This document shows positions 43,703-51,619 of a stretch of 64,000 nucleotides of DNA, piece by piece. Numbering within the stretch: the first letter of the stretch is position 1; each line of letters starts with the position of its first letter. Both the position numbers and the translations under genes were made by a program. The DNA comes from an uncultured bacterium (GTDB taxonomy: Bacteria > Patescibacteriota > Minisyncoccia > Moranbacterales > GWC2-37-73). The stretch is from positions 1,320 through 65,319 of the forward strand of contig CAINNK010000037.1 in the NCBI GenBank assembly GCA_903851135.1. Direction: 5' to 3'. Under the pieces are notes generated by a model. That model saw only the letters and a program-made list of their open reading frames with translations. It was not told the origin of the DNA and made no database searches.

Positions 43703-44785
43703 CTATCCATTCCTTCCAACAAGCATCTGCAGATATTCGCGATTGCTAGAATAGAGCAAGGCATCGTCTACTGTTATCAAACCGCGCTGAACCAAGTCAG
43801 CCAAAGATTTATCCAAAGAAATCATCCCATCACGCAGACTGGTTTCAATGACTGAATCAATCTGATAAGTTTTATTTTCTCTAATCAAATTCTCAACCGC
43901 ATGATTATTAATCATGATTTCTAAGGCCGGAACACGCCCACCACCGACTTTCGGCAACAATCGCTGGGAAACAACACCCAAAAGCACGCTGGCCAGTTGC
44001 GATCTGATTTGATTTTGTTGATGCGCTGGAAAAACGTCAATGATACGATCAATTGTTTGTGAGGTGTCATTTGTATGCAAGGTTGCCAAGATAAGATGTC
44101 CGGTTTCAGCAGCTGTCATCGCAGTGCTAATTGTGTCCAAATCTCGCAGTTCACCAATAAGCACAACATTGGCATCTTCTCGAAAAACACTTCGCAGCCC
44201 ATCCTGAAAAGATTTTGTATCCTTACCTACTTCTCGTTGATTGATGATGCAACGGTCCTGCTCATAAACATATTCTATCGGATCTTCAATTGTCATGATG
44301 TGCTTATCTTGATTATGATTGATAAAATCAATAAGCGCCGAAAGAGTGGTTGACTTACCGTGCCCAACTGGACCAGTAATCAGTAATAATCCTTGAGTCT
44401 TGTGAGTAAATTCATACAGTGCCGGCGGGAGCCCTAATTCTTCCAAAGTTCTGATGCGACCAGAAACCAAACGCATCGCCACACTTACGTTACCTTTTTG
44501 ATAGAAAACATTAGTACGAAATCTGGCCTTTTCTTCAAAGTTATAGGAAAAATCAACTTGACCCTCAGCGATCAATCTTTTTTTGTTTTCTTCCGTCATC
44601 AAACTATCGCTCAGCATCTGCGTATCTTCCACTGACAAAATACTCTCTTGAGTGAGAGGATAAAGCTGTCCATCCAAGCGAATAGTCGGATATCGCCCCA
44701 CAACCAAATGAAGGTCTGAGGCATTTTGTTGAGCAACCAGACGCAAAAGATTTTTTACTCTTTGTTCACCATGCAATGTTGTCAT
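43703..44785 (-). CDS. pilT: type IV pilus retraction ATPase
   Basis: ORF track. It has the Walker A motif GPVGHGKSTT, Asp/His boxes, and is 360 aa. Confidence 0.9.
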   Translation of the reverse strand: MTTLHGEQRVKNLLRLVAQQNASDLHLVVGRYPTIRLDGQLYPLTQESILSVEDTQMLSDSLMTEENKKRLIAEGQVDFSYNFEEKARFRTNVFYQKGNVSVAMRLVSGRIRTLEELGLPPALYEFTHKTQGLLLITGPVGHGKSTTLSALIDFINHNQDKHIMTIEDPIEYVYEQDRCIINQREVGKDTKSFQDGLRSVFREDANVVLIGELRDLDTISTAMTAAETGHLILATLHTNDTSQTIDRIIDVFPAHQQNQIRSQLASVLLGVVSQRLLPKVGGGRVPALEIMINNHAVENLIRENKTYQIDSVIETSLRDGMISLDKSLADLVQRGLITVDDALLYSSNREYLQMLVGRNG

Positions 44786-44905
44786 TTTTTATTTTTATAT
44801 TAATTTGATTTTAATTAGATGAACTAAGCTATCAAACAACACCAAAAAAATCCCCAGAAAAATCACGCAAGCTACCAACATAGTTAACTTTATTGTACTA
44901 AAAAT

Positions 44906-45280
44906 TTACATTTTCAGCAAAGTTCTTACTTTATGTACCACCTCTGAAGGTGTGAAATGAGATTTAATCAAATAATCATTGGCTCCGGTTTCCATCCCTT
45001 CGTCGATTTTTTCTTTTTCAGAAATGTTAGTCAACATGATAATTGGAATTTCCTTCAGTTTTCCATTCTCTTTTATTTTTCTCAAAACTTCCATGCCATC
45101 CATGTATGGCATAATAACGTCTAGCAAAATAATATCAGGAACGAATTGATTCAATCTTTCAAGGGCAACAACCCCATCTTCAGCCATCATGACTTCAAAT
45201 CCTTCTTGTTGAAATTTTATTTGATAAATATCGCGAATAAAAGTGTCATCCTCTATAATTAAGATTTTCTTTTTATCCAT
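44906..45280 (-). CDS. single-domain response regulator (CheY-like receiver)
   Basis: ORF track. It reads ILIIEDD...DIILLDVIMPYMDGMEVLRKIK...ANDYLIK. It is embedded between pilT and pilB. Confidence 0.8.
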   Translation of the reverse strand: MDKKKILIIEDDTFIRDIYQIKFQQEGFEVMMAEDGVVALERLNQFVPDIILLDVIMPYMDGMEVLRKIKENGKLKEIPIIMLTNISEKEKIDEGMETGANDYLIKSHFTPSEVVHKVRTLLKM

Positions 45281-45313
45281 AATTGTTGAGCCGTTATGAT
45301 TAAAAAATTAGAC

Positions 45314-47026
45314 TTAAGCTTCATCGACGTCTCCACCGACACTTCTGCTGCCCTCCGTTACTCGCTCCACCTCAGCAAGCGTAGTCCTGCCAGCAAGTGC
45401 CTTTAGTACCCCGTCTTGTTTAATTGTAATCATCCCTTGAGTTTTTGCATAATCTTGAACAGCTTGCTCACTGCCGTCATGTTCAGAAATAATTTCTTTA
45501 ATGTTAGCATCTACTTCAAGAGCTTCAAACATTGCAATACGTCCTTTGTAACCAGTTTTTCCACACTCTTCACAACCAGCTCCTTCAAATAATGAGACTC
45601 CTTTCTTCAGATCAACCCCATATTTAGCCATATCTTCGTCTGATATCCCTTCAATTTGGCCAAGGAGATACTCCTTTGTTGATCCAGAAATGCTGACCTC
45701 ATGCTTACATTTATCGCAGATTCTTCTGACCAAACGCTGCGCAGCCACAACTCGCAAAGAAGACGCCAACAGGAAAGCTTCTACACCCATGTCAACAAGT
45801 CGAGGGATTGCTCCAATGGAGCTATTGGTATGCAAAGTTGAAAGCACTAAGTGACCAGTGAGGGCAGCATGAATTGTAAGCTCAGCAGTTTCACTATCGC
45901 GAATTTCTCCCACCATAATAACATTCGGATCTTGACGCAAAATTGAACGCAGTCCACTAGCAAAGGTATAGCCAATTTCAGGATTTATTTGACTCTGATT
46001 GATGCCAGCGATGGAATATTCAACCGGGTCCTCAAGTGTGATGATGTTTCGCTCTTCCATATTCAAAACTTCCAAGCAAGAATACAAAGTGGTTGATTTT
46101 CCACTACCAGTAGGACCAGTCATCAAAATAATTCCGAAAGGTTCACTGATATTTCTGACCAAAATATCTCCGCCTCGGCCTATGATTCCCATGTTTTCGA
46201 GACTATCCAGCTTATTGTCCTTATCCAAAAGTCGTAAAACTATTTTCTCTCCATCCATAATAGGCAAAGTTGAAACTCGAAAATCAACCGGGTGTCCATT
46301 TTCAACAACATTAAAACGACCGTCTTGCGGTTTCCTTTTTTCATCTATTTTCAAATTGGCGAGAATCTTAATTCTTGAAACTACCGCCTTTCCAACTTCT
46401 TTAGGAACAGATAATGAAGCATAAAGCAAACCATCGACACGAAAACGCACCCGATATTCTTTATCGATTGGTTCAATGTGGATGTCACTAGCTTTACCAT
46501 CAATCGCGTGACGAATAATCACACTTAAAAGTTTCGTAACTGGAGCCGACTGAACATTGCTGTCACCTCTGCCACCATCGCCCATTGCAAAACTGCCTTC
46601 CTCTTCTCCGACAGTTGCATCGTCTCGCAAAGAGTCTGCGGCTTCTTCAATCGCCTTTTCAGCTCCACCGGAATATTGCACAACCAAATCTTGAAAAACT
46701 TTCAAAGAAATCAAATAAACCTCAAACTGCAATTGAGTTTTTTCAGAAATAAATCGCAAGACATTCAGCGCATTGATGTTTTGCGGATCAACAATGCCGA
46801 CCTTAGCAATATTTTCTTTTTTCTCGAAAACAACCATCTGATTTCCCCTGGCAACATCTTCCGGAATAATATTAAGCACGTCAATAAAAACCGGAACGCT
46901 CTTATTCATATAAGGCATACCTAATTTCCTGGCCTCTTCGGCGAGAGCCTCGCCATCACTGACAGAAACAATTCCCTGGCCTTTTATTTCTGTGGCTATT
47001 TTATCATCATCAACTAAATTTTCCAT
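45314..47026 (-). CDS. pilB: type IV pilus assembly ATPase (GspE/PilB family)
   Basis: ORF track. It has an N-terminal GspE_N-like domain, the Walker A motif GPTGSGKSTT, and a tetracysteine motif (CDKC...CEEC). Confidence 0.9.
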   Translation of the reverse strand: MENLVDDDKIATEIKGQGIVSVSDGEALAEEARKLGMPYMNKSVPVFIDVLNIIPEDVARGNQMVVFEKKENIAKVGIVDPQNINALNVLRFISEKTQLQFEVYLISLKVFQDLVVQYSGGAEKAIEEAADSLRDDATVGEEEGSFAMGDGGRGDSNVQSAPVTKLLSVIIRHAIDGKASDIHIEPIDKEYRVRFRVDGLLYASLSVPKEVGKAVVSRIKILANLKIDEKRKPQDGRFNVVENGHPVDFRVSTLPIMDGEKIVLRLLDKDNKLDSLENMGIIGRGGDILVRNISEPFGIILMTGPTGSGKSTTLYSCLEVLNMEERNIITLEDPVEYSIAGINQSQINPEIGYTFASGLRSILRQDPNVIMVGEIRDSETAELTIHAALTGHLVLSTLHTNSSIGAIPRLVDMGVEAFLLASSLRVVAAQRLVRRICDKCKHEVSISGSTKEYLLGQIEGISDEDMAKYGVDLKKGVSLFEGAGCEECGKTGYKGRIAMFEALEVDANIKEIISEHDGSEQAVQDYAKTQGMITIKQDGVLKALAGRTTLAEVERVTEGSRSVGGDVDEA

Positions 47027-47100
47027 GAGAATAAATAAATATATTTAAAAACAAATAAACAAGCCTAACTAGCTAACAAAAAATCCCAATAACATAATAA

Positions 47101-47874
47101 TTACTGACTCAAGAATGGGTTATTACTTCCGGCAGAGATGCCACTCATATTGATTTTTGGAACATTTCCAGCGGTATAATCTTTCAATTTTTGAATTGTC
47201 GCATTATCAATCTCAGGATGAAAATCAGCCAGCTTCTTGTCATCAGCTTTAACTTGCTTTAGGTATCCAAAATCAACAGTAATTTTAGCCGTGATTGTGG
47301 TGGTTGACTGCGAGCCTGTAGTTGAAGTTGCAGCTGAATCACTACTGGTCGTCTTTTCAACAGTAGCTATATTTAAAGATTTTATTGAATTGAAAAGTGG
47401 AATGTGCTGAATGCCATTAAAAAAGGTTTTCAATTTATCATAATCACCATCAACCGTAATCACAGCCTGAGTATTCTGAATGATATCGATAGGTTGATTT
47501 TTCGAGGCTAAATCAGCCACAACGGAAGCAGGAGTTGGGTTATCAACAATTTCAACATTATCCAAAAAGACCCCGGCATTAGCCGCTAAATAATTAACTT
47601 CTCCCACAATTTTCTCCTCCACTTTATTCTTAGGGAGGTAGTTCAAAATCATCGCGTTACTCTCTTCATCATTTTTAATCGTATTACTCAATGAATCAAG
47701 GGCGGCTTTTTTATTCTTAACTCCCTGCAAGATCTGAAGATTGGTATTATAGTCATCACTCACCGCCTTAAAAGCAACGATTTCAGGATTTATATAGCCA
47801 AAAAAAACAGCCACTGCGAGAATTAAAATTATAGGAAAAAACAAATATTTCAACCTCATTTTTTTATTTTCCAA
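47101..47874 (-). CDS. pilO: PilO-like inner-membrane pilus assembly protein
   Basis: ORF track. It has an N-terminal TM segment, then a coiled coil. It follows the pilN-like gene. Confidence 0.5.
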   Translation of the reverse strand: MENKKMRLKYLFFPIILILAVAVFFGYINPEIVAFKAVSDDYNTNLQILQGVKNKKAALDSLSNTIKNDEESNAMILNYLPKNKVEEKIVGEVNYLAANAGVFLDNVEIVDNPTPASVVADLASKNQPIDIIQNTQAVITVDGDYDKLKTFFNGIQHIPLFNSIKSLNIATVEKTTSSDSAATSTTGSQSTTTITAKITVDFGYLKQVKADDKKLADFHPEIDNATIQKLKDYTAGNVPKINMSGISAGSNNPFLSQ

Positions 47875-48011
47875 TATTTTGTTAAATCAAACAAAAATAA
47901 TGGGTTTATTTATTTAAAATTTTATTATTCAACTAAGTAAATGAGTTATTTTTTTCAGCTTGTAAAAAATCCCCAAACCTCCACAGCCAACAAAAGTCAA
48001 TTAGCTAAAAA

Positions 48012-48533
48012 TCATTTAATATTAATTTCAACATCACATTTTATGCCTTTTGTATCCCTGCTCAAGCTCTTCACATTAACACTTGAAGCAAAATCAGCCT
48101 GTTTAAAGTTGAAAACTTGTTTTGAGACACTGTCAAAATTTGATGTTCTTAAAGTTATCAAAACCTTCTTGTCCGTTTGAGTATATGAAGAAAAGACAAT
48201 TCCCGGGATGACAACTTTGGATATATCACTAAGCACGCTATTGACTTCAATTTTTGCCCCTAAATTATTTTTCACTTCCTTCAGTCTTGTCTGCGTATCA
48301 ATAACGTCGTCCACACTTTGTTTACCACTAAGAGCCCCACTTTCTGAGGTTATTTGAATTTTCAATTCATTATTCTTTTTATCAATAGAGAGCGACCCAA
48401 ATTTTAAACCCAAGAAAGAAATGAGGATTATTGCGAAAACTGCAATAAAAACTATAATACTGAAGTTCATTTTTCCAGTACCGTTAAGCATTTCTTCTCG
48501 CTGTTGATCTTGATAAAGATTGATTGTGGTCAT
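48012..48533 (-). CDS. pilN: PilN-like inner-membrane pilus assembly protein
   Basis: ORF track. It has a short cytoplasmic N-terminus, one TM segment (FSIIVFIAVFAIILISFLGL) and a periplasmic domain. It sits immediately downstream of pilM. Confidence 0.5.
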   Translation of the reverse strand: MTTINLYQDQQREEMLNGTGKMNFSIIVFIAVFAIILISFLGLKFGSLSIDKKNNELKIQITSESGALSGKQSVDDVIDTQTRLKEVKNNLGAKIEVNSVLSDISKVVIPGIVFSSYTQTDKKVLITLRTSNFDSVSKQVFNFKQADFASSVNVKSLSRDTKGIKCDVEINIK

Positions 48534-48703
48534 GCTTGTGAATAAATCTCGGATCGACGCTAATTTATCTTCAGTAATCTCTAACTATCAAACTCGTGCT
48601 TTGCAACTGTCAGCAAATGAGCTTGGGTAGCATTAGTGATTCATGTTTTCCGTGATAATTAGTGAAAAGATTCGTGTAGATTAGTGATTTATATTCTTAA
48701 TTT

Positions 48704-49831
48704 TTATTTTCTTTTATAATCATCGATGCCGCGTAAAGCCAAACCAAGCGCTACTGAAAATGAAGATCCCAGCTCTTTCGTGAAAGGCGCAACTTCATTG
48801 CTAACAACTATACCACGCCAAGGATTTCCCATCCGCACTTTTTCACCCAAGGACCTAGTAAAATATTCTTCAATACCCTTCATCTTGGAAGTGCCACCGG
48901 AAATTATCAGTGAATCTATCCTAGCTTCTCTATTTTTTTCTTTATAAGCAGCAATGATCCTGCGCAATTCGCCCACAATCAAATCTAAGACTGGAATTAT
49001 GATAGCCGTCTCATTACTATTAAGCATGTCCTTATCACCCTTTTTGAATATTTCCGCTCTGGCTCTAGCAATATTCATGCCATCGGCAATAGCTGAAGTG
49101 ATTTCATCGCCCCCAGCATCGATATTTCTGTTAACCTGAATCACACTTTTTTCAACCAAAACGATGTTAGTTGCTCTGGATCCAATATCCACAATCAAGA
49201 AGGTTCCACCATCATCGCCAACCAGCGATCTGGCAATAGAAAAAGTTTCCAGTTCAATAGCGCTCACATCCAGACCAGCGCCGGAAACCAAGCGGTCACA
49301 ATGTTCAATATCTTTTTTTGGAGCAGCCACTAAAAGCACCTTTATCTTCCCATTAGTTCTGCCCTTTGGATCATTCTTTGCTTTAAGTTTAGCAACAAAA
49401 TTATCTTGATCTTGAAGTTTTACGCCATCCGTTTTCCTTTCAATGATTTCCCAACTCATAGCAATTTCATCAAGAGCACTAGGAATATATTTATGCGCTT
49501 CAAACTGAATCGCTTTTGCCAATTCATCATCCGGCATGTCTGGTAAATCAATAATAGTAACCAAACCGCTAAAGCCTGGGATAGAAACATAAGTTGACAC
49601 AGGCTTTATGCCCATTCTGGCAATAAGTTTTTTCAGGGATTCATTAAGCGCTTGTTCCAGCGAAGCTGATTTCAAACCGTTGTTATTGCTAGCCAAATTC
49701 AAGTCAACAAAACCATAATTTTCCAAACGAGTTTGTTGATCAGTATATGAAAGTTCCACAACTTTAATTGAGGATGTTCCGAAATCGACACCAATAAAAT
49801 GATTCTTATTTGTTTTAAACAATTCAAGCAT
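48704..49831 (-). CDS. pilM: type IV pilus assembly protein PilM (actin-like ATPase fold)
   Basis: ORF track. It reads HFIGVDFGTSSIKVVEL ... LLVAAPKKDIEH. Confidence 0.85.
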   Translation of the reverse strand: MLELFKTNKNHFIGVDFGTSSIKVVELSYTDQQTRLENYGFVDLNLASNNNGLKSASLEQALNESLKKLIARMGIKPVSTYVSIPGFSGLVTIIDLPDMPDDELAKAIQFEAHKYIPSALDEIAMSWEIIERKTDGVKLQDQDNFVAKLKAKNDPKGRTNGKIKVLLVAAPKKDIEHCDRLVSGAGLDVSAIELETFSIARSLVGDDGGTFLIVDIGSRATNIVLVEKSVIQVNRNIDAGGDEITSAIADGMNIARARAEIFKKGDKDMLNSNETAIIIPVLDLIVGELRRIIAAYKEKNREARIDSLIISGGTSKMKGIEEYFTRSLGEKVRMGNPWRGIVVSNEVAPFTKELGSSFSVALGLALRGIDDYKRK

Positions 49832-49913
49832 ATTTGTTTTTGTGTTAGGCTAAAGTCAGATATAGCAGTTACAAAAATCATAACATATATTTAAAAAATC
49901 AACAACAACAAAA

Positions 49914-50672
49914 ATGCCAACCTTGTGGACAAAAATCCTTATCAATCTCAAAAACATCAGGGGTTACGCGCTTGATATTTTTTTTCCCATTAATTGCCTT
50001 GGCTGTGGCGCTGAAGAAGGTTGGATTTGCGAAACTTGCAGTCAAAAGATTAAAATCCGTGATCAACAGCTCTGTCCTCTCTGCGAGAAAATCATAACCC
50101 CGGACGGCCAGGTCTGTTTTGCCTGCAAACACAAATCTCCCTTGAGCGGGCTGCTGGTTGCGGCAAGTTATCAAGAGCCGCTTGTCTCAAAAGCAGTCCA
50201 TCTTTTCAAGTATCGCTTCATCGAAGAATTGTCCGCACCACTAACAAAAATAATCCTCAAGGCTATTAGAAGTTACGAGTTGCCCTTGCCAGACCTTATC
50301 ATGCCAATACCCCTTCACACCAAAAGACTTCATTGGCGAGGTTTCAACCAATCTTCCTTGCTAGCAAAAAACCTGGCTGAAAATCTTTTGCCAAATTCAC
50401 AACTGGAAGTTTGCGAAGATATTCTAATACGCAGTCGGCACACCTTACCGCAAATGAGTCTAAAGGACCACCAACAGCGAAATCGGAACATTCAAAACGC
50501 TTTCACCATCAACGATTTCTCAAAAATTAAAGACAAAAGAATTTTACTCGTTGATGACATCACCACCACTGGTTCAACCATTTTCGAATGTGCTCGCGTA
50601 CTCAAAAAAGCCGGCGCCAAAGAAATTTATGCTACTGTAATTGCCAGACAGGAATACAAAAAGAAATCCTAA
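49914..50672 (+). CDS. comFC: ComF-family protein (double zinc ribbon plus phosphoribosyltransferase domain)
   Basis: ORF track. The zinc ribbon reads CLGCGAEEGWICETC...CPLCEK...CFAC. The PRTase motif is ILLVDDITTTGSTI. Confidence 0.8.
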   Translation: MPTLWTKILINLKNIRGYALDIFFPINCLGCGAEEGWICETCSQKIKIRDQQLCPLCEKIITPDGQVCFACKHKSPLSGLLVAASYQEPLVSKAVHLFKYRFIEELSAPLTKIILKAIRSYELPLPDLIMPIPLHTKRLHWRGFNQSSLLAKNLAENLLPNSQLEVCEDILIRSRHTLPQMSLKDHQQRNRNIQNAFTINDFSKIKDKRILLVDDITTTGSTIFECARVLKKAGAKEIYATVIARQEYKKKS

Positions 50673-50912
50673 ATCCTAATTTACAATGTCCAATACAATA
50701 AAAAGGGTATTAAAAACCCAGCGTAAACCCTGCACCCTTCGGGCTCACGCCGATAAAATCGGCGAGGTTTTAAAGCTTTTGGTATCGTCGCTCCCGCCCG
50801 CTTCGATACGCGAAGCGTTTCGGGCAGGCGCTGCGAAATAAAAGTACTCTTTCATTTCACTCACTCCGCTAGATAATAAACCAGGAAACTAAGAAGCTAA
50901 AGCCTGATAAGC

Positions 50913-51530
50913 TTAATCCTCTGCCTTAACAACCCCCGCCACAACCAAAGCTTCAAAATGTTTTGGTTTTTTCTGAAAAAGATACTGCACAATTTTTCCG
51001 CGTTTTTTTTCAAATTTAAGCTCATTTCTTTTGGCAAATTTTTCAATCTGCTTGCTTGCCGACGATACTTCATCTTTATTTTCAACCAGCAATTCTATCT
51101 CAGTTATTTTATAAACAAAATCTTCCTCACCTGGCAAAATGGAAACTGCCTCATCTAAATCAATTTCAAAGCCTTCCTTTTGATATTTCTTGCGCGTTGT
51201 CCTAAGCTGACAAAAAAATTCATAACCAAAAGCTTTGATATCGGTTTCAAAATCCAACACAGTTGCCACCGCAAAAATTTCCCGAATTTTATCTTCGCCT
51301 TCGATTTCTTGAAATTGAGTGGTCTGCATTTTCTCTTTTTGAAAAACTGGCAACTTCAATTGAAACTCGCCGTCTCTTTCTCGCAGCCAAATGTTGTTTT
51401 TCGAAAGCGTAAAATCCGCAGTGTCATAATAAACATCCGTAAAGGTTTTTTCACTGACAAATTCAGCACCCTTAAGAAGCCTTTTTTCCTCCTCATCATT
51501 TAGTTTAAATTTTTTTTCAACTTCAATCAT
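50913..51530 (-). CDS. CYTH-domain (triphosphate tunnel metalloenzyme) protein
   Basis: ORF track. It has an N-terminal EVEKKFKL (ExExK) motif and alternating acidic and basic beta-strand signatures. Confidence 0.6.
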   Translation of the reverse strand: MIEVEKKFKLNDEEEKRLLKGAEFVSEKTFTDVYYDTADFTLSKNNIWLRERDGEFQLKLPVFQKEKMQTTQFQEIEGEDKIREIFAVATVLDFETDIKAFGYEFFCQLRTTRKKYQKEGFEIDLDEAVSILPGEEDFVYKITEIELLVENKDEVSSASKQIEKFAKRNELKFEKKRGKIVQYLFQKKPKHFEALVVAGVVKAED

Positions 51531-51619
51531 AACACTTATCTTTATTATTTTTTGTTATCTTTTTATTCCAAAAAGTGTGACACATCTTGACGGCCGTCAA
51601 CTTCTGTCACACTTTTATT

